A DNA stretch of 64,000 nucleotides from positions 26,164,001 to 26,228,000 of the forward strand of contig JBHGNT010000001.1 in assembly GCA_043228905.1 (NCBI GenBank). The letters are read 5' to 3'. Within the stretch, counting starts at the first letter, position 1; every line of letters begins with the position of its first letter. Source of the DNA: Azolla caroliniana. Its lineage: Eukaryota > Plantae > Polypodiophyta. The position numbers and the translations under genes are program-made. Below, piece by piece: positions 1 to 11,575 of this stretch. The notes beneath the pieces were generated by a model. That model ran no database searches, had not been told where the DNA came from, and worked only from the letters and a program-made list of their open reading frames with translations.

Positions 1-123
1 CCTACCTAGGATCTTCTATGTACAACGTAAGGCGTACGTGCATGAAGAGCCGGTTCCTATGCTCCGGCGCACCGATTCCGCTCGTGGACGGTTTTCTTCA
101 CGACACCGTTCCGACAGATTGTC

Positions 124-549
124 TGTAAAAAGTAGCGTGCGGAAGCAAGTATGAAGACCGAACAGAAGGAAGAAAACTCAGGTTTAATAGAGAGCTTGAG
201 CTTACGCAGTATACGCGGGAGAGAGAGAGAGAACACAAGAACTATATTCAACAAAAGTACTCAATCTCTATTCACCACACTATACATATGTGTGTTCAAT
301 GAACACTTTTATACAAGTCCTAGAAGGACTGACAGAAGTACTGACAGTACTTCAATGCTCATTAAGAGCTCCTACACTAACTCCCAAATATATTCCTCAC
401 GGAATATCTTTCCTAACGGCCTCCCGGTTTACGCACCGATCCGGCCCTACCTACGCATCGGTCTGCGTACCGGTTTACGCATTCGGCCTAACCGATCCGG
501 TCCTCGGCTTCTTCAGCCGATCTGGCCGATGTTGAGCTTGTCTCTCAAA
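124..549 (-). repeat. 3' LTR of copia element B
   Basis: Matches 11119-11575 except for a few transitions and short indels; abuts the PPT. The terminal TG has lost one base. Confidence 0.93.
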
Positions 550-857
550 CTCCCCCTCAAGCTCAACTTGAGGCTCTTCGGGATCTTCGGGCTCACAGCT
601 TCGGTTCCTCCTGGCTTCACGCCTCGCTTGCGCTCCACGACCTGTTCAAGTCTACGCGCTTCGACCCTTCCGGTCGGCTTGTCTGCTCATGTGGCCCTTA
701 TCAGCTCTTCTGTTGTTGCGGTGTTGACGCTTCTCCTGCTGCCTTTTCTTCCACTTGGGCCTCGGTTGATTCAGCGTATCTGAATCAAACATCCGAACTG
801 ACTCGGCTACCTACGATCGGTTTTCGCTCTCGTCCGAGTTGGCTGTCTCCAACTTGT

Positions 858-1783
858 TGTTGGGAGACAGGTCCCTTCGGATGGGAAGGGAGAAGAACAG
901 TGCCAATGAACAAACTCGGCCGAGGCCGATAGGCCGACGCCCAAACCGGATGAGGAGTACCCGGCTACGGAGAGCCGGATGGTGCAGACCCGGTGTGAAC
1001 CAGATGAGGAGTACCCGGCGACGGAGAGCCGGATGGTGCAGACCCGGTGTGAACCGGATGAGGAGTACCCGGCTACGGAAAGCCGGATGGTGCAGACCCG
1101 GTGTGAACCGGATGAGGAGTACCCGGCTACGGAGAGCCGGATGGTGAGACCCGGTGTGAACCGGATGAGGAGTACCCGGCTACGGAGAGCCGGATGGTGC
1201 AGACCCGGTGTGAACCGGATGAGGAGTACCCGGCTAAGGAGAGCCAGATGGTGCAAACTCGGTGTGAACCGGATGAGGAGTACCCGGCTACAGAGAGCCA
1301 GATGGTGTAGACCCAGTGAGAACCGAAGGAAGAGACATATTCGTAAATATGTTTCTGAGAGCCCATCGAGGCTATATTTGTAAATAGCCGAAAAGTTATA
1401 TTAGTATAAATATGACCTAGGGCAAACTTTTAGTTGTTGTTGTCATTTTTCTATTTTGCACGAGATTAGTGTGCGTAACTGTACAGAGAGAGAGAGAGAG
1501 AGAGAGAAAGAGGTCGTTGCCTCTGTTGTAACCGCCGCCTGTGGCGAAGATTTGTGAGCACGAGATTGGTGCCTCAGTGAACTCACTATTTTATATTCCT
1601 ACATAGTGACAGTTTGCAGCCTGTGGGCTGCCGTGGTTTTTTCCCCTAGTTTGGGGTTTTCCACGTAAACCTCCTGTGTATTCTCTTCTTCTTCTTGTCG
1701 TGTTTTATTTCCCGTTTTCTGTGTATCATTCTAAGCTCGGTTGTGGCCGAGCGTCGCGCATAAGGAACGTTGGGTTCCCGTCA
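858..1783 (+). repeat. 5' LTR of copia element A (926 bp)
   Basis: Begins TGTTGGGAGAC, ends CCCGTCA, followed by the PBS. Contains seven 54-bp repeats, a TATAAAT box near 1405 and (GA)n. Confidence 0.95.
946..1322 (+). repeat. 54-bp tandem repeat (7 copies) in the U3 of the element A 5' LTR
   Basis: Unit CCGGATGAGGAGTACCCGGCTACGGAGAGCCGGATGGTGCAGACCCGGTGTGAA at ~946, 1000, 1054, 1108, 1161, 1215 and 1269. Confidence 0.93.
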
Positions 1784-1812
1784 AGTGGTATCAGAGCGAA
1801 ACGACACAGAAA

Positions 1813-4800
1813 ATGGACGAATCGTTTGGCAGCATGTTCAAGCTCACCGGCTCCAACTATTCAGTGTGGAAGTCGAAGATGAGAGACATGCTCGTGGTTA
1901 AAGATCATTGGCTACCGGTTCAGTTCGGGGACAAGAGACCGGACAAGATCGACGCCACAATATGGGAGGTGATGCACATGAAGACAACGACGTACATACG
2001 GTGCTTCATCGACATGAGCCTATACAACAACTTCAATGAAGAGAGCAAAGCTCATGAGCTCTGGGAGAAGATCGGCATAATGTTTCAGAACAAAAATGTT
2101 GTTAATCAGGTGTCGGTATTCCGGAAGCTAGTAAGACTCCGGTACCAAGATGGCTCCAGCATGGCGGAGCACATGAATGCCTTCCAGGGGCTGATCCACC
2201 GGGCAACTTCATTGGAAGTACCTCTCGCGGATGAGGTACTAGCGCTACTTCTGCTCGGTTCCCTCCCTGATAGCTGGGAGACATTGGTTGTCACTCTGGG
2301 CAACGCCGAGCCGGAAGGAAAGCGGTTATCCCTAGCAAGAGTAAAGTTGAGCTTGCTAGATGAGGAGGCGCGTCGGAAAGATAAGGATACGAGCTCCGAC
2401 TCCAAAGCGCTCATTACCGAATCGGAACACGGAAGACATAGAAACCGTAGTCCCCAGAACCGGGAGAAGTCGGGGACACGATCAAAGTCAAGGGGGGGGC
2501 CTACTTGCTTCTATTGCGGCAAGCCGGGACACTTCCAGAAGAACTGTTGGCACTTCCGTAAAGACAAGGAAACCGACGGTGCCGATTCGAAGCGGACCCC
2601 GGACCGGAACGGTAAAGACTGGAGGGGGCCGGACCGGAAGGGGACGACGGCAATCGTGGCAAGTGAAGAAGAGTTGATGCTCATCACCGAGGAGAGTGAG
2701 ATAAACCTTGCCGGCGACAAGATGACCTGGGTGGTAGACTCCGGAGCGTCGTTCCACCTTACCCCGGACCGGAAATGCTTCTCATCCTACTCAGCCAGTG
2801 ACCACGATTGTGTCCGGATGGGGAATGAAGGTACATGTCGAATTGTCGGCATAGGAGACGTGTGGCTGTCAACACCAACCGGATGCAAGTTGCTGCTGAA
2901 GGATGTCCGACACGTTCCGGAGGTTCGTCTGAACCTGATATCAGCCGGTCGGCTAGACGATGAAGGCTACACGGGTAGCATCCGGAACGGGGTCATGAAG
3001 TTCAGCAAAGGGAGCCTGATTGTGGCTCGGGCCCGGAAGGTCAACACGTTGTACCTGATGAATGCCCGGTTATGTCCGGAAGAAGTGAACGTGGCATCCG
3101 ACACTGCCGGTGAGTTGTGGCACAAGAGGTTGTGTCATATGAGCGAGAAGGGGATGAAGAGGCTTGCAGACGACAACCTCATTCCAGTGAAGAACGTGCA
3201 CTTACAAAAGTGCACTGATTGTTTGGCCGGTAAGCAGAACCGGACCTCCTTCCGACCAAGGCCACCGATGAGACGTAATGCACCACTGGAGTTGGTGCAT
3301 ACGGATGTGTGTCATGTAGACACGAAGTCACATGCCGGAGCGCAGTACTTCGTGACGTTCATAGATGACCACAGCCGGAAGCTGTGGGCCACACCGTTGA
3401 AGACGAAGGATCAGGTGTTATCCGTCTTCAAAGAGCTCCACGCGAGAGTGGAAAGAGAAACCGGCCGGAAGCTGAAGGCGGTTCGAGCAGATAACGGAGG
3501 AGAATACCGGGGGCAGTTCGAGGAGTACTGCCGCTCGAAGGGAATCCGGCTCGAATTTACCGTGCCGAAGACGCAGGAACTAAACGGACTGGCCGAGAGG
3601 ATGAACCGGACCATAATGGAGAGGGTCCGGAGTATGCTAGCGCATGCAAAACTACCCAAGAAGTTTTGGGCTAAGGCACTGTCGACGGCGACATACGTGA
3701 TAAATAGATCACCCTCAGTACCCTTGGACGGAGACACGCCACAGAGAGTGTGGACCGGTAAGGAAGTATCCTACCGGCATCTGAAGGCGTTCGGGTGTCT
3801 CGCTTACGTACATGTAGCTAAGGACCGGAGAGGTAAGTTAGATCCAAACACCCGGCCATGCATATGCCTCGGTTACGGTGACGATGAGTTCGGCTACCGA
3901 GTGTGGGACCCGGTCGACAAGAAGGTATTCCGGAGTCGAGATATTATCTTCATGGAGGACAAGACGCTCGCCGATTGGGAGTCGGAGAAGAAGATAATGA
4001 ACTCTGAGTCGACCGGTAAGGATAAACTCTACGATGAGCAGACCCAACCGGCAAGAGACCGGTTAGCACTCGAGGAACCAGCCGGTTATGGTGAGGATAC
4101 CGAACCGGCAGAAGAAGAAGTAGAGGAATCTGAGACCGGAACCGGCCAAGACCCCGAATCGGATTCGGATGAAGAGAAAATGGAGGAGCCGGTTACCGAA
4201 GCCCGAAGACGTAGATATCCTCTTAGAGAGAGAAGGCCCCCCCGGAGATTTCCGGATGCAGAGCATGTTCTGCTGACCGATGAGGGGGAGCCGGAAAGCT
4301 TCGAAGAAGTGAAGGTTGACACCCACAACCGAAAATGGTTAACTGCCATGCAGGATGAGATGGATTCCCTGCATGAGAACCATACGTACAAATTGGTGGA
4401 TTTGCCGAAAGGAAAGCGGGCACTCCGAAACAAGTGGGTGTACAAGTTGAAACCGGGAGATGCCGGCAACCCCCCGAGATACAAAGCCAGGATCGTGGCG
4501 AAGGGGTTCCAGCAGAAGAAGGGCATGGACTTCGACGAGATATTTGCCCCGGTAGTAAAGATGACCTCCATCCGGACGGTGCTGAGTATAGCAGCAAGCA
4601 TGGACCTTGAGGTAGAGCAGCTGGACATGAAGACGGCATTCCTTCACGGCGACCTCGAAGAGGAGATCTACATGCAACAACCGGAAGGATTCGTGGAGAA
4701 AGGGAAGGAGCACCTGGTATGCCGGTTGAAGAAGAGCCTGTACGGACTGAAGCAAGCTCCCCGACAATGGTACCGGAAGTTCGACTCCTTCATGACCGAT

Positions 4801-5859
4801 CAAGGGTACCACAAGACGCAGGCCGATCACTGCGTGTTTGTGAAGAAGTTCGAAGGAGGCGACTTCCTAATACTCCTTCTGTATGTGGATGACATGTTGA
4901 TCGTCGGACGTGACCAAGTCAAAATACGGATGCTGAAGAAGGCTCTCAACCGGACCTTCTCAATGAAAGACTTGGATCCGGCAAGACAGATGTTGGGGAT
5001 GCACATCATCCGTAACCGGAAAGCGAAGCAATTATGGCTGTCACAGGAGAAGTACGTGACAAAGGTGCTTCACCGGTTCAACATGTCAGATGCGAAACCG
5101 GTCGGATCGACAATTCCGGCAAACTGCAAGCTATCCAGTAAGCAAAGCCCGAGGACGAAAGCAGAGAAGAAGGATATGATGAAGATTCCGTATGCCTCTG
5201 CCGTCGGGAGCTTGATGTACGCAATGGTTTGTACTCGACCGGATATAGGATACGCAGTCGGAGTGGTGAGCCGGTTCATGAGCAGTCCCGGCAAGGAGCA
5301 CTGGAACGCAGTCAAATGGATACTCCGGTATTTGAAGGGCACTTCAAATATGTGTCTCCGATTCGGCTCCGGAAAACCTCAACTAGATGGTTTCACTGAT
5401 TCGGACATGTCGGCTGATGTGGATACCAGCCGGTCTACATCTGGGTATGTGATGACATATGCAGGGGGAGTTGTTTCATGGCAGTCGAGGCTGCAGAAGA
5501 CGGTTGCATTGTCAACCACGGAGGCGGAGTACATGGCAGCTGTGGAAGCCGGCAAGGAAATTTTATGGATGAAGGACTTCATCGGAGAGCTCGGTATACG
5601 GCAAGAGGAATACCGACTCTATTGCGACAGTCAAACTGCCATCCACCTTGCTAAGAATGCGGCCTACCATTCCCGGATGAAGCATATCCAGCGGAGGTAT
5701 CACTGGATCCGGGAAAGAGTAGATGACCAGGAGTTCACACTGACGAAGATCCACACTGCCGAGAACGAGTCAGATATGCTGACCAAAGTGCTGACACCCG
5801 ACAAGGTGGACGCATGCCAGAAGAGGATCGGACTGGTAAGACACCCCATGCCGGAGTGA
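1813..5859 (+). CDS. Copia Gag-Pol polyprotein (Gag, protease, integrase, RT, RNase H), ~1348 aa
   Basis: First ATG after the PBS is at 1813. Motifs in copia order: zinc knuckle CFYCGKPGHFQKNC, protease WVVDSGAS, HHCC (WHKRLCH..CTDC), integrase D-D-E (VHTDV, RADNGGEY, NGLAERMN), RT LLYVDDML, RNase H GFTDSD/TEAEY/YCDSQ. Confidence 0.96.
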   Translation: MDESFGSMFKLTGSNYSVWKSKMRDMLVVKDHWLPVQFGDKRPDKIDATIWEVMHMKTTTYIRCFIDMSLYNNFNEESKAHELWEKIGIMFQNKNVVNQVSVFRKLVRLRYQDGSSMAEHMNAFQGLIHRATSLEVPLADEVLALLLLGSLPDSWETLVVTLGNAEPEGKRLSLARVKLSLLDEEARRKDKDTSSDSKALITESEHGRHRNRSPQNREKSGTRSKSRGGPTCFYCGKPGHFQKNCWHFRKDKETDGADSKRTPDRNGKDWRGPDRKGTTAIVASEEELMLITEESEINLAGDKMTWVVDSGASFHLTPDRKCFSSYSASDHDCVRMGNEGTCRIVGIGDVWLSTPTGCKLLLKDVRHVPEVRLNLISAGRLDDEGYTGSIRNGVMKFSKGSLIVARARKVNTLYLMNARLCPEEVNVASDTAGELWHKRLCHMSEKGMKRLADDNLIPVKNVHLQKCTDCLAGKQNRTSFRPRPPMRRNAPLELVHTDVCHVDTKSHAGAQYFVTFIDDHSRKLWATPLKTKDQVLSVFKELHARVERETGRKLKAVRADNGGEYRGQFEEYCRSKGIRLEFTVPKTQELNGLAERMNRTIMERVRSMLAHAKLPKKFWAKALSTATYVINRSPSVPLDGDTPQRVWTGKEVSYRHLKAFGCLAYVHVAKDRRGKLDPNTRPCICLGYGDDEFGYRVWDPVDKKVFRSRDIIFMEDKTLADWESEKKIMNSESTGKDKLYDEQTQPARDRLALEEPAGYGEDTEPAEEEVEESETGTGQDPESDSDEEKMEEPVTEARRRRYPLRERRPPRRFPDAEHVLLTDEGEPESFEEVKVDTHNRKWLTAMQDEMDSLHENHTYKLVDLPKGKRALRNKWVYKLKPGDAGNPPRYKARIVAKGFQQKKGMDFDEIFAPVVKMTSIRTVLSIAASMDLEVEQLDMKTAFLHGDLEEEIYMQQPEGFVEKGKEHLVCRLKKSLYGLKQAPRQWYRKFDSFMTDQGYHKTQADHCVFVKKFEGGDFLILLLYVDDMLIVGRDQVKIRMLKKALNRTFSMKDLDPARQMLGMHIIRNRKAKQLWLSQEKYVTKVLHRFNMSDAKPVGSTIPANCKLSSKQSPRTKAEKKDMMKIPYASAVGSLMYAMVCTRPDIGYAVGVVSRFMSSPGKEHWNAVKWILRYLKGTSNMCLRFGSGKPQLDGFTDSDMSADVDTSRSTSGYVMTYAGGVVSWQSRLQKTVALSTTEAEYMAAVEAGKEILWMKDFIGELGIRQEEYRLYCDSQTAIHLAKNAAYHSRMKHIQRRYHWIRERVDDQEFTLTKIHTAENESDMLTKVLTPDKVDACQKRIGLVRHPMPE

Positions 5860-5869
5860 AGGGGGAGTT

Positions 5870-6536
5870 TGTTGGGAGACAGTTCCCTCCGGATGGGAAG
5901 GGAGAAGAACAGTGCCGATGAACAAACTCGGCCGAGGCCGATAGGCCGATAGGCCGAGGCCGAAACCGGATGAGGAGTACCCGGCTACGGAGAGCCGGAT
6001 GGTGCAGACCCGGTGTGAACCGGATGAGGAGTACCCGGCTACAGAGAGCCGGATGGTGCAGACCCGGTGAGAACCGAAGGAAGAGACATATTCGTAAATA
6101 TGTTTCTGAGAGCCCATCGAGGCTATATTTGTAAATAGCCGAAAAGTCATATTAGTATAAATATGACCGAGGGCAAACTTTTAGTTGTTGTTGTCATTTT
6201 TCTGTTTTGCACGAGATTAGAGTGCGTAACTGTACAGAGAGAGAGAGAGAGAGAGAGAGAAAGAGGTCGTTGCCTCTGTTATAACCGCCGCCTGTGGCGA
6301 AGATTTGTGAGCACGAGATTGGTGCCTCAGTGAACTCACTGTTGTATATTCCTACATAGTGACAGTTTGCAGCCTGTGGGCTGCCGTGGTTTTTTCCCCT
6401 AGTTTGGGGTTTTCCATGTAAACCTCCTGTGTATTCTCTTCTTCTTCTTGTCGTGTTTTATTTCCCGTTTTCTGTGTATCATTCTAAGCTCGGTTGTGGC
6501 CGAGCGTCGCGCATAAGGAACGTTGGGTTCCCGTCA
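5870..6536 (+). repeat. 3' LTR of copia element A (667 bp)
   Basis: Follows the PPT and aligns to 858-1783, but has only two 54-bp units (~5966 and 6020). Confidence 0.95.
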
Positions 6537-6605
6537 CTTGTCTTCGGTCTTCTCGCCCTCGATGGCGTCATCTTCCCCATGCGTGGTTGGCTTCGGCTCT
6601 CTCCT

Positions 6606-9600
6606 TCAGCCGCTCCTCTTCTGTCCGCTTCCGGACTTTTCCGCGGGTCCGCCCTCAGCTTCTTCAGTTGATCCGAAGTCGAACTCGACAACCGAGTCAA
6701 CCAACTCGGTGTCGCCGTCTCCACTCCTTTCCTGTTGCCTTGCTTGGTCGTTCGGGACTGTTCTCCCCCTCAAGTTTTGCACGTCGAGGTGACGCAATCC
6801 GAGCGCACCTGAGAATTGGCGCAACTTGTCCAGACCAAGAGGCTTGGTGAAGATGTCGGCAGTATGCCGATCCGTCGGAACGTACTGAAGGTCGACTTCA
6901 CCGGAAAGGACACGCTCACGAACGAAATGGTAGTGCACCACAATGTGCTTGGTCCGTGCGTGGAAAACGGGTTTTTTTGCGAGCTGGATGTTGCTGAAGT
7001 TGTCGTAGTAGATCGTTGTCGGATCTGACACCTCCTCTTGCAAGTCCTTAAGTAGCCGCTTCAACCATATGGCTTCGCATGTCGCGACAGCCACTCCTCG
7101 GTACTCAGCTTCGGTGCTCGACACTGCAACTGTCGGCTGCTTCTTACTGCTCCACACGATCGCGGCACTCCCGAGGGAGAACGCGTATCCGGACATGGAT
7201 CGGCGAACGGCAGGCGTTGCCAGCCCAATCAGCATCGGTGTAGCCAACTAACTGTGCGGTTGCACCGGTCCGATATAGCAGTCCCCCATCCTTAGTGCCG
7301 TTGACATACCGAAGTATGCGTTGCGCACATTGAAGGTGCTCCTTGGTAGGTCGCGCCATGAACTGACTGATCACTCCGACCGGATAACTGAGGTCGGGTC
7401 GGGTGATGGTCAAGTATATGAGGCTTCCGAAAATTTGTCGGAACCTCGTCGGGTCGCATACCTTTCCCATATCAGGACGAAGCTTGACGGTTCTGTCTAG
7501 AGGAGTCGAGACGGACTTACAGTCGGCCATCCCGAATTTGAAGAGCATACTCAACACGTAATGACGTTGGCTGATCAATATGCCTTCGGGGGTACGGATC
7601 ACTTCGATCCCGAGGAAGTAATGAAGGTCCCCCAGATCCTTCATGTCGAACGATGCCGCAAGCTGGAGCTTCACGCGGTCGATTTCACCTAGGTCGGCGC
7701 CGGTGATGACCAAGTCATCAACATATAGTAAAATACTAACCGGTCCGAGTCGACCTTTCCAGATGAACAAGGAAGAGTCCAATTTTGACGTGACGAAGCC
7801 CATCCTACGCAGTTGTTGCGTGATCTTCGCGTTCTAGTCACGCGGGGCTTGCTTCAGTTCGTAAAGGGACTTCTTCAGTCGGCATACTGCCGAGGAGTTC
7901 GTTTCGGAGTGAAATCTGGGGGGTTGTACCATGTACACCTGTTCCTCAAGGTCACCTTGCAAGAACGCATTCTTTACATCCATCTGATGTAAGTGCCATC
8001 CCTTCACCGTAGCTACTGCGAGCAAAACACGGACGGTCGTCATTTTCGCGACCGGCGCAAACGTCTCATCGTAGTCAATGCCCTGTTTCTGCGCGTAGCC
8101 CTTTGCCACTGGCCGAGCCTTGTACCGGTTGACCGAGCCATCGGTGTTGTACTTGACCTTGTACACCCACCTACACCCGATCGGTTTTACCCCCCTTGGT
8201 GCGTCAACCAGGTCCCAGGTCTCGTTCTCCGCCAATGCGTGCATCTCTTCCTCCATCGCGGCACGCCAATTCGCATCTTTAGCCGCTTCTGCGTAGCTCT
8301 CCGGCTCACGCACTTCCGCTACACGGGTCATGTACGCATAATGATGCGCCATATACTCGTTGTATCCGAACCGCAAAACAAGATTCTTCTAGCGGGTAGA
8401 TCGGCGTAATCTCACATTAGCCGATGTCGAGGCCTTCTCAGTCGACGTGGACTTCACCTTTAAAGACCCGTCACCAGTTTCCTCAAAGTCGGACTCGCGT
8501 CGGTCTGAGTCGTTCCTATCCGTGCCGGAATCCGACACCTTCTTCTTCCCTTTCTCTTTGCGCGTAAGCCGTCTCCTCGGCTTCCTGCGCGGGGAATGCA
8601 CGGCCGAGTCTCCACTACTCGCCGGCTCTTCATCGGACTGGTCATACCGACTCAATCGTCCAATCGGTCCACTTAAACAGAGTGAAATCGGACTCTCTTC
8701 GCGGGTCTCGATTTCGGGCTCATCCGGAGGCATCTCGGCCTCGCTGACCTCATCGTCAGAGCTCGGATTGGAGTCGAGGTTCGGAGTCGGGGGCTGGTAC
8801 CAGGACGCGGACTCGTCAAACACAACGTCGCGGCTAACACGCGCTTGTTTAGTGCGAGGTTTATAGCACTTATAACCCTTCTGCTCGTCCGAGTAACCGA
8901 CCAAGATGCATTTCTCGGCCTTTGCGTCCAGCTTCCTCCTTTTCTCCTTCGGTACATGCACATACGCAATGCTACCGAACACCCTCAAGTGTCGCAAGTT
9001 CGGCTTCGTTCCGAAATATAGCTCGTGCGCCGACACTTTGTCTCTGATCCGGTTCTGGATGTATACCACAGTCCTTACCGCCTCGGCCCAGTAGAACTTG
9101 GGCAAGCTCTTCTCCTCCAGCATTGCCCGTGCCGCTTCCACAACTGACCGATTCTTTCTCTCGGCCACGCCGTTCTGCTCCAACGTGTATCTACAACTGA
9201 ATTCGCGCCGAATTCCCATTTGTTGTAGATAACCATTGAATTGACCGGAAAAGTACTCTTTCCTGCCATCCGACCGCAGGCACTTGATCTTTCGTCCTGT
9301 TTCCGTTTCCACGAACCCTTTGAGGTCCTGGAAATAGTCGAAGACTTCGCTCTTCCTCTCAATGAGGTAGGCCCACGTGTGCCGCGTGTGGTCGTCGATG
9401 AAGGAGACGAAATATCGGCTCCCGCCAAGACTAACGTTTTGTGTCAGCCCCCATACATCGGAGTGTATAAGGTCGAGCTTATTCCGGCTCTGGTTTCGCT
9501 CGTTGGGGAAAAGAAGTCGGTGTTGCTTCCCGAGCTGGCAGGCTTCACAAATTTGTGCCTTTCGGCCACTAAATTTGGGCAATCCGAACACTACCTGTTT

Positions 9601-11034
9601 CGATTGCAGATCTTGAAGCCGCTGGTAGTTGACGTGGCCTATCTGCTTGTGCCACAAGTCGATGTCCGACTCGGATTTTTGTCCCTTCGCGAACATTGCG
9701 GTGCCGCCGTCAGTGGAGTCGAGGATGGACATCCTCCCGTCTCTGCGCCCTTGCGCAATCACACGGCCTTCTTCCTCAATGAAGCACCCGAGGTGTGTAA
9801 ACCGAACCTCCATCCCTTGGTCGACGATCTGTCCGACCGAGACCAAGTTCTTCGTGATTGTCGGAACGTGCAGCACGTTCATGAGTTTCCCTTTCTGCCC
9901 AACATGGCTAAGGGGAACTTCTCCGACATTCGCGATCGGATGCAGAGTGTCGTCTCCAGTTGCGACTACTCCAGGTTGTATCGGTTTTTCAAGGTACGAG
10001 AACCACTCCTTATGGCTCGTCATGTGGTTTGACGCGCCGGAGTCTACGTACCACACCTCGTCCGATCTCGGGGTGGTCTGTTTCATTGAGTTTGCTTCGT
10101 GTCTCGTCACGAAGGCAGACCCTTCTCCGGCGTAGTGCGATCACTGCCGATTTCCCTTGTCGGTATGTCCGGAGCCGTTTCTGGAACCGGTTCTCTCCGA
10201 ATCAACGCGCTTCTTCCAGCACTCACTTTCCCTGTGGCCTTTCTTGCCACAGTACCAGCACTCCGCGATGGCCTTCCCTTGCCGGTTCTCATCGCTTTGA
10301 CTCCCCCTGTTTCCGGAGGGTCCGGAGTTGCTGTCGGCATCACTTTGGTGCCTTCTTTCTTGATCTCGTCGGCCGCCTCCATTGCGCGCCGACTCGCCTC
10401 GTCCTCCACGTCCACGGGGCCTATCTCCCTCCATGTACAACATTCTGTTGTTGGTGTGCGTGCTTGTAGACGCACCCGCGTGGTTCTCCTCTACCAGGAG
10501 CATTGACTGTAAGTCGAAAAAGGACGGCGTATTCTCCCGGGTACACACAGCCGTTCGGAACGCTCCGAACTTCGATGCCAAACCTCCAAGACAGATCTGG
10601 ACCATCTCGCTCTCCTCGATGTTCACCTCTATGGAAGCGAGGGAGTCGCGGATATCCTTGATCTTCGAGGTATAGTCTGCCACCGACAAGTCACGTTGTC
10701 GTAGGTTGCTCAACTCCTATCGAAGTTGAAGCTTCCTGGCTGTGGTGCTCGCGGCGAAAATCTTCTTCAAATTTTCCCACGCACCCTTCGGCGTCTTTGC
10801 ATCCCGAACATAGCTCAATAGTTGTTCGCCCACACACGACGCGAAGCAGTATAATACCCTGCTCGCTGATTGCTCCCACGACGGGAAGTCTCTATGTGTC
10901 GATTCGGGTGCCGCGTCATTAGCTCCTTCGACATAACTCCAGTAGCCGTGCCCGAGCAGGTACTGGTGCATCTTGTAGGACCAAGACGCGTAGTTGGTTC
11001 TGTCGAGCTTCTCTGTTGGAAGCGAGCTCGCCAT
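6606..11034 (-). pseudogene. Disrupted gag-pol of element B
   Basis: Successive minus-strand ORF fragments carry Gag (KLDRTNYASW), knuckle CWYCGKKGHRESEC, protease WYVDSGAS, integrase (IHSDVWG, NGVAERKN), RT LYVDDL and RNase H STEAEY. They are separated by stops and frameshifts (e.g. TAG at 10717-10719). Confidence 0.92.
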
Positions 11035-11118
11035 GCCTCTATCCATCGTTCTTCTTGTTCTTCTTCGTCAAGTTGTGTCGGCTGCAGAGAGGTTCTCAAC
11101 CCTCGTGCTCTGATACCA

Positions 11119-11575
11119 TGTAAAAAGTAGCGTGCGGAAGCAAGTATGAAGACCGAACAGAAGGAAGAAAACTCGGGTTTAATGGAGAGCTTGAGCTTAT
11201 GCAGTATACGCGGGAGAGACAGAGAGAGTGAGAGAGAGAGAGAACACAAGAACTATATTCAACAAAAGTACTCAATCTCTATTCACCACACTATACATAT
11301 GTGTGTTCAATGAACACTTTTATACAAGTCCTAGAAGGACTGACAGAAGTACTGACAGTACTTCAATGCTCATTAAGAGCTCCTACACTAACTCCCAAAT
11401 ATATTCCTCACGGAATATCTTTCCTAACGGCCTCCCGGTTTACGCACCAATCCGGCCCTACCTACGCACCGGTCTACGTACCGGTTTACGCATTCGGCCT
11501 AACCGATCGGTCCCAACCGATCCGGTCCTCGGCTTCTTCAGCCGATCCGGCCGATGTTGAGCTTGTCTCTCAACA
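11119..11575 (-). repeat. 5' LTR of copia element B
   Basis: Adjacent to the PBS; reads TGTTGAGAG...TTTTTACA on the minus strand; matches 124-549. Confidence 0.94.

Larger units (their letters stand above)
858..6536 (+). mobile_element. Intact Ty1/copia element A with 5-bp TSD CTTGT, nested in the 3' region of element B
   Basis: LTRs 858-1783 and 5870-6536 (TG...CA). TSD CTTGT at 853-857 and 6537-6541. PBS TGGTATCAGAGC at 1786-1797. PPT GAAGGGGGAG at 5858-5867. Uninterrupted gag-pol ORF. Confidence 0.97.
124..11575 (-). mobile_element. Full-length but defective Ty1/copia element B with 5-bp TSD TTGTC
   Basis: Near-identical LTRs at 124-549 and 11119-11575. TSD TTGTC at 119-123 and 11576-11580. 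tRNA-Met PBS (GCTCTGATACCA on +) at 11107-11118. PPT (CTCCCCCTC on +) at 550-558. Confidence 0.95.

Noticed and set aside
807-1383. ORFs with 18-aa repeats (EPDEEYPATESRMVQTRC)
   Set aside because: These are translations of the 54-bp LTR repeat, open in several frames and frameshifted within the array.
1741-1812. ORF-track start of gag-pol at 1741
   Set aside because: It is a TTG inside the LTR, upstream of the PBS; the first ATG is at 1813.
10717-10719. TAG in element B gag as programmed read-through served by suppressor tRNAs
   Set aside because: A CAG-to-TAG transition fits ordinary deamination, and the element has other stops and frameshifts.
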